Of a DNA stretch of 64,000 bases, positions 9,544 through 18,715 are shown piece by piece. The notes under the pieces are model-generated. The model saw only the letters and a program-made list of their open reading frames with translations, made no database searches and had not been told where the DNA came from. Source of the stretch: Myxococcota bacterium (GTDB lineage Bacteria > Myxococcota_A > UBA796 > SXON01); contig JAZKFH010000025.1 of the NCBI GenBank assembly GCA_040386535.1, forward strand, positions 32,001-96,000. Direction: 5' to 3'. The position numbers and the translations under genes were made by a program. Positions within the stretch are counted from its first letter, which is position 1. Every line of letters begins with the position of its first letter.

Positions 9544-12066
9544 ATGTACGCAGCAGAGCTCCATCGAGGCGCCGTGGAGGCCCTCCTCGCGTCTCGGGTC
9601 GCCGTCCTCCCGGAGGGCGCCGTGCTGCCGGACGGGGGGTGGCCCACGCTCGGACGTTTGGTCCACCGCGCGTGGTTGGAGGCTGGCGGGCGCGGGCCCC
9701 TGCTCCAGCTCGACGCACGACACGTCGGGAGTGCGGACGACGTTGACGCCGCCGCGCGTGCGCTCGGAGAGGGGCTCCTGCACCTCGGCCCGGGTGTGCC
9801 CTGCCCCCGCGGGCTCCCCGTCGCGGTGTTGCGTCACGCGGCCACCACGGACCCCCGGGAGCCGCACCGTCTCGACGCCGTGCATGCCGTAGCGGTCGAC
9901 CCCACCCTGGCGCGTGTGCGGGCGGCCCTCCGTGCGCACGCCCTGGCCGGCGAGGTGATCTACCTGCGCGGCCCCGCGGGCTCCGGCCGTGCGAGCCTCG
10001 CCCGCTGGGCAGCCGCGACGCTCGGCGCGCCCTCCCTCGTCGAGATCTCGCCCGACCACGCGGCGCACGCCCCTCCCGGCGCGTGGATCCTGCTCCGCGA
10101 GTTCGAGGATCTCGGGCCCGAGCGCCTCGGACCGCTGCGTGCGCGGCTGGCGGCGCCGCCGGTGCGCTGGGGGAGCACGGCGCCCGGCGTCCGCCCCGAT
10201 CACCCCGCCGCGGCCACGATGGTGGGCCGGGACCGGGCGTTCTGTGACGTGCTCGCCACCGCCGTGCTGCACGCGCCGACTCCCGCGCCCGTGCTCATCC
10301 TCGGCGAGAGCGGGACGGGCAAGGAGCCCCTCGCGCGGCTGGTCCACGACGCGAGCGGGCGCCGCGGACCGCTGGTGGCGGTCGATCTCGCCAGCCGCAA
10401 CGAGAACCTGCTCGAAGATGACCTTTTCGGCCACGTCCCCGGTGCGTTCGAGGGCGCCCGGACCGCGCGGGACGGCGCGTTGCGGCGGGCGCACCGCGGC
10501 ACCCTGTTCCTCGACGAGCTCGGCAACCTCCCCGCCACCACCCAGCTCCGCTTGCTCCGCGTGTTGGAGACCGGCCAGGTGCAGCCGCTCGGCTCCGACA
10601 CGACCTACGCGGTCGACGTGCGGGTCGTGGCGGCGACCAACTCCGACATGGAGGGGCTGGTGCACTCGGGCGCCTTCCGGCGCGACCTGTACCATCGCCT
10701 CGCCGGCGTGGTGCTCCGCCTGCCCCCCTTGCGGGACCGCGGCGACGATCTTGTGCTGCTCGCCGAACACTTCGCGCGGGAGGTGGGCTCGGGCGGAGTC
10801 ACCCCCGAGGCGCTCGAGTTCCTCCGCGGGCGCCCGTGGTCCGGCAACATCCGCGAGCTCCGCAGCGTGGTCGAGGTCGCCGCGCGCGAGGCCCACGGGG
10901 GGCCCATCCAGCCTCGCCACGTCCGGCTCGAGTCGCCCGTCCCCATCTTCGTCACCGGCAGCGTCGATGTCCTGGAGCACCCCGGCGCGTTGAACCGGCG
11001 TGAAGCGCAGGCGTTGGCGGCGTTGGGCGTGGTGGTCGCGCCACCGGCCGAACGGGGCGAGGCGTGCATCCGGGGCGCCGTGCTCGCGGGCCTCGGCGGG
11101 CGCCCTGTCACCCCCGAGGCGCTCTGGCAGCTCGTGTCGTGGCCGTGGTGGGGCAACTTCGTCGAGCTCGACCGCAAGCTGCGCGTGCTCCGCGGCGGGC
11201 CGCCCGGCCTGGTCGACGTGGACGCGCTCGCGGCGATCTTCCCGGAGGCGGGGGTGTCCCGCGAGCCGATCGTGTCGCTGCTCTCGCCCTCCGCGCGGGA
11301 GGACGGCTCGGTGCAGGGCTGGCGCGCCACCCACTACGACGGCGCCCTCGTGTTGGGGCGGGCCCGCACCCGCGCCGACCTCGACGAGCCGCGCAAGAAG
11401 TGGCTCGCGAGCCGCGCGGACGCGCCGGGCTTCATGGCCTTTCCGCAGCTCATGGAGCTCTCCCGCGTCCACGCCCTCGTGACCCGCCAGGGTGACAACC
11501 TCGTGGTAGCGAGCGGCCCCGGAGTGAGCCTCCCGCTGCTCGCCGGCCCCCTCGATGGGGCCCTCGTGCCCGTGGGCACCGGAGACACCGTGAGCATCGG
11601 CCGCGCGGGGGAGGTGCGCTTCCAACGTGACGCCGAGCCCCTGCTCCAGCTCTACCTGTTCGCCGGCGAGGCCGCGCTCGCCGAGGCCGCGCCGCTGCTC
11701 CGCGCCCGCCTCTCCGGGGACGTTGGCGAAACCAAACAAGGGGGACGTGTGGCGCGGGCGCGCGCGCTCTCCCGTGACGAGATCGGCGAGCTGAACGCGG
11801 TCGTCGTCGACTTCGCGCGGGGCGAGGGCGAGTTCGCGCCCCACCTGCGCGCCGCCCTGGTGACATCGGGGCAGGCGGAGCTGCGCGCTCTGTTGCTCTC
11901 GGGCCACCCGACCCAGTCGTGCGTCCGCCTGTATCAGAGCGTGTACAACCGGCCGCTCCGGCGCGACCTGGTCCGGCAGCTCAAGGACGCGGGCCTGATC
12001 GAGCGCGCACGCGAGCGCCTCCCCACCAACCTGCGCGGGATCCTCGACGAGCCCGACGAGGACTGA
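9544..12066 (+). CDS. Atypical sigma54-type enhancer-binding AAA+ ATPase with extra degenerate AAA and FHA-like domain
   Basis: GESGTGKE, GAFEGA, LFLDELG, RVVAATN, FRRDLYHRL, WSGNIREL; second motif set GPAGSGRAS / WWGNFVEL; LGR...SRVH. Confidence 0.85.
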   Translation: MYAAELHRGAVEALLASRVAVLPEGAVLPDGGWPTLGRLVHRAWLEAGGRGPLLQLDARHVGSADDVDAAARALGEGLLHLGPGVPCPRGLPVAVLRHAATTDPREPHRLDAVHAVAVDPTLARVRAALRAHALAGEVIYLRGPAGSGRASLARWAAATLGAPSLVEISPDHAAHAPPGAWILLREFEDLGPERLGPLRARLAAPPVRWGSTAPGVRPDHPAAATMVGRDRAFCDVLATAVLHAPTPAPVLILGESGTGKEPLARLVHDASGRRGPLVAVDLASRNENLLEDDLFGHVPGAFEGARTARDGALRRAHRGTLFLDELGNLPATTQLRLLRVLETGQVQPLGSDTTYAVDVRVVAATNSDMEGLVHSGAFRRDLYHRLAGVVLRLPPLRDRGDDLVLLAEHFAREVGSGGVTPEALEFLRGRPWSGNIRELRSVVEVAAREAHGGPIQPRHVRLESPVPIFVTGSVDVLEHPGALNRREAQALAALGVVVAPPAERGEACIRGAVLAGLGGRPVTPEALWQLVSWPWWGNFVELDRKLRVLRGGPPGLVDVDALAAIFPEAGVSREPIVSLLSPSAREDGSVQGWRATHYDGALVLGRARTRADLDEPRKKWLASRADAPGFMAFPQLMELSRVHALVTRQGDNLVVASGPGVSLPLLAGPLDGALVPVGTGDTVSIGRAGEVRFQRDAEPLLQLYLFAGEAALAEAAPLLRARLSGDVGETKQGGRVARARALSRDEIGELNAVVVDFARGEGEFAPHLRAALVTSGQAELRALLLSGHPTQSCVRLYQSVYNRPLRRDLVRQLKDAGLIERARERLPTNLRGILDEPDED

Positions 12067-12069
12067 CCG

Positions 12070-13179
12070 TCAACCTCCCGCTTTTCCGCCCGCGCGCCCC
12101 ATGTCCGCCAACTCTGCCCCGGTCACGACGCGAAGGTTGCCTGCGGACCAGCGCACGAGGTCCTCGTAGGCCTCCCAGATGCGCGCCTGCTCCTCCATCC
12201 CGCGCACCCGCGATTCCTCCTTCGGGTTGAGGTTCCAGGGGGGTGGGAGCGGCGTGTCCTTGTCCTTGGCGCTGTAGTAGGAGAGGGTCCACCCCTCGGG
12301 GCCGAAGCGGTAGAAGTTGTTCTCGTGCACAAGGGATGTCACGAACGCGCCGCGGGGCGCGCTCCATGCGCCGAGCCGCTCCTTGAGGCGACTCACGGGG
12401 TTGAACGAGGGATCCCGCCCCACCCGGTTCCACCAGAACTGCTCGATGCCGCCCGGGTCGAGCCAACGGGTCAGACCGATGTCACTCGGGCGCACCACCA
12501 GCCCCCCGCGCGTGGTGATGGGGTTGGCCGCGGACGCCTGCTCTTCGTGGTACCAGACCACCACCCGCGCGCCCATCGACCGGTACACGTTCAGCGCCGC
12601 GAGCTTGTTGCGCGGGTCCTTGTTGGGAGTCACCACCGTGACGACCGAACCAAACGTGTCCTTCACCAGTGTGTACCCGCCCGGTTTGGTGCGATCGAGC
12701 TCGCCGGTCGCGCGGTCGAGGGAGAACGTCTCGTAGTCGCGGAGCAGGGCCTCCCGGTCGGCATCCGACAGGCCCGCGAGCTTGCCCTCGAAGCCGTTGA
12801 CCAGCGGGTGCGGCGCGCGCACGTGGTAGCTGATGGTCATCCCGCTGGCGCGGAGCCGCTCGATCACATCGGGGCGCTGGGCCTTGTAGAGCTCCACCAT
12901 GGGCCCTGTCAGGTAGAATTCGCCCTTCACTCCCTGCCGCGTGTAGATGTCGACGAGGTGGATCAACGTGTCGGCGCTGTCGTTCACGTGGTTCACGTCG
13001 TGCACGTTCACCACGAAGTTGATGCAGCCCTCGGGGCACGGGTTCGCCACGGGTACGATCACTTCGGGGATGACCGCGTCCCGCCCGGGCCCGCCTCCTC
13101 CGCCCTTGGCTCCGCCGCGGGGCTCTTTTGCGAGGGCAACGCCGAGGAGGAGGAGGGGAGCAAGCAGGAGGAGGCGCAT
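12070..13179 (-). CDS. Secreted polysaccharide-deacetylase-like hypothetical protein
   Basis: Signal peptide; NFVVNVHD, GEFYLTG, ISYHVR.PH, LVHENN resemble CE4-type barrel motifs. Confidence 0.55.
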   Translation of the reverse strand: MRLLLLAPLLLLGVALAKEPRGGAKGGGGGPGRDAVIPEVIVPVANPCPEGCINFVVNVHDVNHVNDSADTLIHLVDIYTRQGVKGEFYLTGPMVELYKAQRPDVIERLRASGMTISYHVRAPHPLVNGFEGKLAGLSDADREALLRDYETFSLDRATGELDRTKPGGYTLVKDTFGSVVTVVTPNKDPRNKLAALNVYRSMGARVVVWYHEEQASAANPITTRGGLVVRPSDIGLTRWLDPGGIEQFWWNRVGRDPSFNPVSRLKERLGAWSAPRGAFVTSLVHENNFYRFGPEGWTLSYYSAKDKDTPLPPPWNLNPKEESRVRGMEEQARIWEAYEDLVRWSAGNLRVVTGAELADMGRAGGKAGG

Positions 13180-13244
13180 CAGGGTCTGTTATCCGACCGG
13201 GCGGGGCCGGATCCTCGGGTTGGCCCCGAAGTGGGTGCGACGGA

Positions 13245-13433
13245 CTACGCGCACCCAATCTCGGTGCACGCCTCGCGGCCGCCCTCGGTGCAGGTGCAGG
13301 TGTTGCATCCATCTTGCGCGGTCCAGGACTCGTCGGCGGTGCGCAGGTTGCCGTCGTGATCGATGCACTCTCCCGCCGCGGTGTCTGGGGAGGCGGTGCA
13401 GGCGACGAGCAAGGCGAGGAGCAGGACGCGCAA
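13245..13433 (-). CDS. Small lipoprotein with one pacifastin/VWC-like Cys-rich domain
   Basis: TTG start MRVLLLALLVAC; C...W...DGCNTCTC.EGG..ACTEIGC. Confidence 0.75.
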   Translation of the reverse strand: MRVLLLALLVACTASPDTAAGECIDHDGNLRTADESWTAQDGCNTCTCTEGGREACTEIGCA

Positions 13434-13497
13434 GGATACCGCCGTTGGATGTGCGTGGACTCTATACGAGAAGTCGAGTGACGGGCTACGCGTCCCC

Positions 13498-15360
13498 ATG
13501 CCGCCCCTCCGCTTCGCCGTCATCGCCGACTCGCACTTCCACCCGCCCGGCGTGCCCGAGCAGGCCGTGTGGGAGAGCGACCGCTACTTCAACGCACGAA
13601 ACCGCGCGGCCATCGCGCTCGTGCGCCGCGCCGAGCCCGCGTTCACGGTGCACCTGGGAGATGTGCCGCACCCCGTGCCCGGCCTGGCCGCCCACGCCGA
13701 CGCCCTCGCCGTGGCGCACGACACCTACGCCGCCCTCGACGCGCCGCTCTACGTCGTGCCCGGAAATCATGACGTAGGTGACAAGCCCCATCCGTGGGCG
13801 CCCGCGCCGAGCGTGTCGGTCGAGAAACATGCCGTGTTCGCCGCGCACTGGGGTGCGCCGTGGTGGGTCGTCGAGCGTGACGGGATCGTGCTCCTCGGCA
13901 TCGACACGCCGGTGCTCAACAGCGGGTTGGCGCTCGAGGCGGAGCAGTGGGCGTGGCTCGAGGACACGCTCGCCACGTTGAAGGGGCGCCGGATCTTCGC
14001 GTTCGTGCACTACCCGCCGTACCTGCTCGATCCAAACGAGCCGGAGCACTACGACAACCTCGCCGAGCCCGCGCGGGGGCGGCTCCTGGAGATCCTGGTC
14101 GGCGCCGGCGTGGAGGCCCTGTTCTGTGGGCACGTGCACCACCCGTTCTGGAACCGGCACGTGTCACCCACCGGGGCCGCGCTCGACATCTATCTGTTGC
14201 CCTCGACCGCGTTCGTGCGGCCCGGGTACGCCGAGCTGGCGCGGGTGGGCCCCGGCGCCGAGCATGGGCGCGACGACGGCGAGCGGCTCGGCTTCTGTCT
14301 GGTGCACGTGGACGAAGCGGGCCATCGGGTCGAGTGGGTGCGCACCGGCGGGGCCACCGAGACGCCCGAGTGGGTCGCGGGGCTCGGGCCCGGCGAGGCG
14401 CGGCCGCGGTGCCCGGTCGGGCTGACGTTACGACACAGTTGGGACGCGGTGCTCGACATCCCCGCGGACGGTTTGGATCCGTTCCGTCGCAAGCAGGCGC
14501 GCAACGATCTGACCCTGCTCGCCACCTGGGAGCTCGGCGCCACCGTGCTCCGCCTGCCGTTGGAGGACCTGCGCCGGCCTGCTACGCGCGCTCGGCTCCT
14601 GGCGCTCGCGGCCAACGGACAACGTGTCATCCTGTGGACGCCCGAGGCGCTCCACCCCGAGGACGTGGCGCTCGTGGAGGTGCACCAGCACGCGATCCTG
14701 GCGGTGGAGCTCATCGTGCCACGGGCGTGGTTGGACCGCCCGCTCCCAAACCTGGCGGTGCCCCGTTGGGTGGCGCCGCTGGGGAGCCCGCCCGACGCGG
14801 CGAAGGGGCGGTACTTCAGCCACTTCACGCCGCACGGCTTCACGCTCGAAGACGCGGACCTGCCCCGCGCGACAGGGGATGGCGTGGTCGTTCGCATTGA
14901 CCCCGAGGTGGACGTGTGGGACGGCATCGCGGCCGCCGCAGGACTTCGGCGCGACGGGCGCGCGGTGATGGCGCTCGTGTTGCTTCCGCGCGGGGGCGAG
15001 GCGGTGACCTTCACGGACGACGCGGAGGTCACCCGGCGCGTCGCGCTCGCGGCGCTCGCGGCCCGGGCGCATCCCGAGGTGACCGTGGTGCTCGACACCT
15101 TCCAGGATCACGACCGGGGCTACTTCACCCGCCACGGGCTCTACGACCGGCGGGGCAATCCGCGGGCGGCGGCACGCGTGCTCGCGGCGTTGGCGCGGCT
15201 GGTGCCGGTGGAGGCGCGCCCGACGCGGGAGGGGAGCGTGGTGACCGTACCGGGACCGGACGGCGGGTTCCTGGTGCGGCTCGACGGCGGCGACGGCGTG
15301 GATCTCGCGCGCGGCGTGCTCGCGACGGCGATCGGCGGGCCGGTCCTCACGCGGGAGTGA
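13498..15360 (+). CDS. Calcineurin-like metallophosphoesterase with long C-terminal extension
   Basis: DSH, GD, GNHD, H.P, GHVH motifs in the N-terminal ~290 aa. Confidence 0.85.
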   Translation: MPPLRFAVIADSHFHPPGVPEQAVWESDRYFNARNRAAIALVRRAEPAFTVHLGDVPHPVPGLAAHADALAVAHDTYAALDAPLYVVPGNHDVGDKPHPWAPAPSVSVEKHAVFAAHWGAPWWVVERDGIVLLGIDTPVLNSGLALEAEQWAWLEDTLATLKGRRIFAFVHYPPYLLDPNEPEHYDNLAEPARGRLLEILVGAGVEALFCGHVHHPFWNRHVSPTGAALDIYLLPSTAFVRPGYAELARVGPGAEHGRDDGERLGFCLVHVDEAGHRVEWVRTGGATETPEWVAGLGPGEARPRCPVGLTLRHSWDAVLDIPADGLDPFRRKQARNDLTLLATWELGATVLRLPLEDLRRPATRARLLALAANGQRVILWTPEALHPEDVALVEVHQHAILAVELIVPRAWLDRPLPNLAVPRWVAPLGSPPDAAKGRYFSHFTPHGFTLEDADLPRATGDGVVVRIDPEVDVWDGIAAAAGLRRDGRAVMALVLLPRGGEAVTFTDDAEVTRRVALAALAARAHPEVTVVLDTFQDHDRGYFTRHGLYDRRGNPRAAARVLAALARLVPVEARPTREGSVVTVPGPDGGFLVRLDGGDGVDLARGVLATAIGGPVLTRE

Positions 15361-15426
15361 CATGTCGGTGAGCGGCGCCACACGCGGATCACACGCTGAG
15401 CACGAGCGCCGCGGATAGACCCGCGC

Positions 15427-16341
15427 GTGTCCGACTCCACCCTCGGCGAGCTCTGCGCCCTGCTCGCCCCCCTCGCGTGGTCGGTCGCCGTCATCCTGTT
15501 CAAGCGGTCGTCGTCGGCGCCGGCGATCTCGCTCAACTTGTTCAAGAACACCTTCGCCGTGGTGCTGCTCTCCCTCACCCTGCTGGTGTTGCGCATCCCC
15601 ATCCCGACCGATCGGAGCGCGGAGGATTGGACGCGGCTCATCGTGAGCGGGTTCCTCGGGCTCGCGGTGGCTGACACCCTCTTGTTCGAGGGCCTCCGTC
15701 GCATCGGCGCGGCGCGGCTCGCCGTGGTCGACACAATCTACGCGCCGCTGGTGGTGCTCTTGTGTTGGGTGTTCCTCGGTGAACAACCCAACACCAGCTT
15801 CATCCTTGGCGGGGTGATGGTGATCGGGGGGGTGACCCTCGCGTCGATCGACCCGGACGCGCTCAAGAAGGACGTTGGGATCGAGGGCGTCGCGGCCGCC
15901 CGGGAGGTGAGCCTCGGCGCGTTCTACGCCACGCTTGCCATCGCGGGGACGGCGATCGGCGTCGTCATCGCCAAGCCGGTGCTCGAGGGCTCCGACCTCA
16001 TCGAGGTCACGTGGACGCGGCTCGTCGCGGGGATGATCGGCATGATCGTCTTCACCGTCGTGCGGGGGCGCGGGCAGGAGGCGATGGTCGCGTTCTGGCC
16101 GGGGCCGTTGTGGCGCACGCTCATCCCCGCGGCGTTTTTCGGCACGTACCTCTCGCTGATCTTCTGGCTCGGCGGCTTCAAGTGGGCGGACGCGTCCGTG
16201 GCCGCCACGCTCAACCAGATGGCGACGGTCTACATGCTCGTGTTCGCGCGGTACGTGCTCAAGGAGACGCTGCGGCCGCGGCAGGTCGTCGGGAGCCTCA
16301 TCGCCGGCGCGGGCGCGTTGTGGATCGTGCTGCACCGCTGA
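15427..16341 (+). CDS. DMT/EamA family transporter
   Basis: About 10 hydrophobic helices in two EamA repeats (FLGE, LKE.L). Confidence 0.9.
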   Translation: MSDSTLGELCALLAPLAWSVAVILFKRSSSAPAISLNLFKNTFAVVLLSLTLLVLRIPIPTDRSAEDWTRLIVSGFLGLAVADTLLFEGLRRIGAARLAVVDTIYAPLVVLLCWVFLGEQPNTSFILGGVMVIGGVTLASIDPDALKKDVGIEGVAAAREVSLGAFYATLAIAGTAIGVVIAKPVLEGSDLIEVTWTRLVAGMIGMIVFTVVRGRGQEAMVAFWPGPLWRTLIPAAFFGTYLSLIFWLGGFKWADASVAATLNQMATVYMLVFARYVLKETLRPRQVVGSLIAGAGALWIVLHR

Positions 16342-16360
16342 CAGGCGGCGCGGCGAGCCG

Positions 16361-16735
16361 TCAGGGTGCCGCGGACAGCGCCACGAGCTCGTCGAGCACC
16401 TGCTCTTCGAGCGCCAGCATGTCGGCTTCGGGCAGCTCGAGCGCGGTCGCGTAGCGCGAGATGAGGGCCTTCTCGGCCTCGGAGACGCCCCCCTCGTTGT
16501 GCGCGACGAGGAGCGCGAGCTTCATGCACAACAGGCGCAGATCCTCGCGGGGGAGCGCGGCGGCGAGGGCATCGGGCTCGATCGGCGTGGGGGACTCGCC
16601 GAGGTCGGCCGAGAAGGCCTGGATGAGCGCGACCTCCTTGGGGTGGAGGCCGTCGCAGCCCGCCACGGTGTGGAGGGCGCGGGCAATCGCGCTCGCTTCG
16701 GCGTCGGAGACGGGGATCGAGGGGAAGAAGGACAT
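16361..16735 (-). CDS. TerB-like helical protein
   Basis: VA.CDG.HPKE..LI; VA..EGGVSEAE..LI...A..L. Confidence 0.7.
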   Translation of the reverse strand: MSFFPSIPVSDAEASAIARALHTVAGCDGLHPKEVALIQAFSADLGESPTPIEPDALAAALPREDLRLLCMKLALLVAHNEGGVSEAEKALISRYATALELPEADMLALEEQVLDELVALSAAP

Positions 16736-16797
16736 TCCGGCCCCTATCGCGGCGCTCGGGGTGAGGGGAGGCCCGCGAGGACGGGGCCGGGGGCGGG

Positions 16798-17334
16798 CTA
16801 TTTCCCCGAGGGGGCGCCCCCGCCCGGTTGACCGTTGGGACCACGCGGGCCCGGCCCCTGGGGCCCCTTCTGGGCGCCTGCGTTGGGCGCGTTCGACACG
16901 AGGTTGCCGTGTTTGTCGCGCAGCTCGAACAAGGCCGGGCCCGGCGCGCCGTTGTCGATCTGCCCACGTTCGAGCTTCGTGACGCGGGCCTCGAGCTCGT
17001 CGAGCGCGTCCTGGACCGACTTCCCGGAGAGCGTCGTCTTGCGCGGGTCGTAGGTGATCGCCGCGGCGCCGAAGGCCGCGCCGGTCTGGAGCTCGGTCTG
17101 CCGCAGCTCCAACAGTTGGATCCGGCCTGCGAGGTCGTTGGTGACGCTGGAAGGCTCGATGGCCGCGTCCGTCGTGACCGGCATTCCGCCCGGCTGGCAC
17201 CGGACGTAGAGCTCGTCGAGCGCGCCCTGCACGGTGGTGGCGCTCGTGCCGCTCCGCCCGTTGTCGAACGCCACGCTCGTGGCGGAACCCTCGTCGGAGG
17301 TGCCACAACCCAGCACGAGCGTCAGGAGGAGCAC
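16798..17334 (-). CDS. Lipoprotein with two tail-fibre-like VQ.ALDEL repeats and coiled coils
   Basis: GTG start MLLLTLVLGC; SVAFDNGRSGTSATTVQGALDEL and AITYDPRKTTLSGKSVQDALDEL. Confidence 0.7.
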   Translation of the reverse strand: MLLLTLVLGCGTSDEGSATSVAFDNGRSGTSATTVQGALDELYVRCQPGGMPVTTDAAIEPSSVTNDLAGRIQLLELRQTELQTGAAFGAAAITYDPRKTTLSGKSVQDALDELEARVTKLERGQIDNGAPGPALFELRDKHGNLVSNAPNAGAQKGPQGPGPRGPNGQPGGGAPSGK

Positions 17335-17339
17335 CGCCG

Positions 17340-18113
17340 CTACCCGAACTGGACCGAGCGCTTGGAGAAGCCGCCCTGCCAGAACCCGGTGACGGGGAAG
17401 GTGATCGGGCCGGGTTTGTCGGCCGCGGCGCCCGCCGCGAACCACAGCGGGGCGAGGTGATCGTGGCGCGGGTGGGCCCGCTTGACCATCGGCGCCTTCT
17501 CGATGTCCAACAACGCGTCGAAGTCGCCGCGCGCGAGGGTGTCCGCCGCCCAGGTGTCGAACGTTGTAGCCCAGGGGGGCGTGGCCGGGAGGTAGCCGTC
17601 GCGCGGGTTGTAGGTCATGTGCCCGCTACCGATCAGCAGCACGCCCTCGTCGCGGAGCGGCGCCAGCGTGCGCCCGAGCGCGAAGACCGTGGCGGGCACG
17701 AGCGAGGGCAGCGAGAGCTGGAGCACGGGCACGTCGGCCATCGGGTACAGGAACATCAGGGGCACGTAGACGCCGTGGTCGAGCCCACGGTCGGGGGCGG
17801 AGTCCACGCGCTCGCCGGAGGCTTCGAGCAGGGCGCGCACACGCTCCGCGAGGGCCGGTGCGCCGGGCGGGGCGTAGCGGGCGCGCAGGTAGCGCTCGGG
17901 GAACCCCTTGAAGTCGTGACGGAGCGGCACGGGCTGGGTGGCGCCGAGCGTGGCCGGGCGCCGCTCCCAGTGCGCGGACACGACGAGGATCGCGGTGGGG
18001 CGGCCGATGGCGGCGCCCCACTGGATGAGCTCGTTCGTCCACACGGGATCCGCGGCGAGGGGCGGGTCACCGTGGCTGACGAAGAGCGCGGGGAGGCGGG
18101 CGGGAGGGGACAC
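17340..18113 (-). CDS. Extradiol dioxygenase, DODA/YgiD (LigB) family
   Basis: LFVSHG, SAHW, RGLDHG, PVLQLS, HP..DH..PL. Confidence 0.9.
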   Translation of the reverse strand: MSPPARLPALFVSHGDPPLAADPVWTNELIQWGAAIGRPTAILVVSAHWERRPATLGATQPVPLRHDFKGFPERYLRARYAPPGAPALAERVRALLEASGERVDSAPDRGLDHGVYVPLMFLYPMADVPVLQLSLPSLVPATVFALGRTLAPLRDEGVLLIGSGHMTYNPRDGYLPATPPWATTFDTWAADTLARGDFDALLDIEKAPMVKRAHPRHDHLAPLWFAAGAAADKPGPITFPVTGFWQGGFSKRSVQFG

Positions 18114-18157
18114 GGGAACCTCGGCGACGCCCCCTTAGCCCACCCCACCCGCCCGGG

Positions 18158-18646
18158 TCAGGCGCTCGCGCGCTCCCGCTTCGTGGCCATGAGCTCCGCC
18201 TTGCGCTTCTCCAGCACGGGGACCATCGCGACCAGGTCGACGTCGGACTTGCGCGCCTCGGGGAACAGCTCCTCACGCTCCTCGGTGACGTGGTGGTCGA
18301 TGTATTCGCCCAGCACGATCACCTTGGCGTCGAACTTGTCTTCCTCGGGGCCCATCGCCGTGATCTGCGCGATCAACGACTTGCCGCTGTCGTGCTCGAC
18401 CTCGGCCTCATCCAGCAGGGCGTGATCCTGCGTGGCCTTGCGCACGGGCGGGTAGAAGATCTCCTCCTCGAGCCGCATGTGTACGGTGAGCTCGTTGCAG
18501 ATGCGGTCCGCGAGGGTCTTCTTCGCCTTGGGCGAACCGTCGTCCTCGCTCAGCTTCTTGAACTCGACGAACAGCTTCTTCACCGCGATGTGGTCGGCGT
18601 CCAGGAGGTCGACCGCATCGTTCTTGTTGGGCGGAGCCTTGCTCAT
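18158..18646 (-). CDS. Hemerythrin/HHE domain protein
   Basis: L..DH..V..LF, H...EEEIFYP, EH, HHV.EE..LFP. Confidence 0.9.
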   Translation of the reverse strand: MSKAPPNKNDAVDLLDADHIAVKKLFVEFKKLSEDDGSPKAKKTLADRICNELTVHMRLEEEIFYPPVRKATQDHALLDEAEVEHDSGKSLIAQITAMGPEEDKFDAKVIVLGEYIDHHVTEEREELFPEARKSDVDLVAMVPVLEKRKAELMATKRERASA

Positions 18647-18715
18647 GATGAATCACCTTTCAGCCGGCGTCACGGCCGGGACAAGAGGAAGCTGGGATCG
18701 GTTGGAGCGTTGGAA

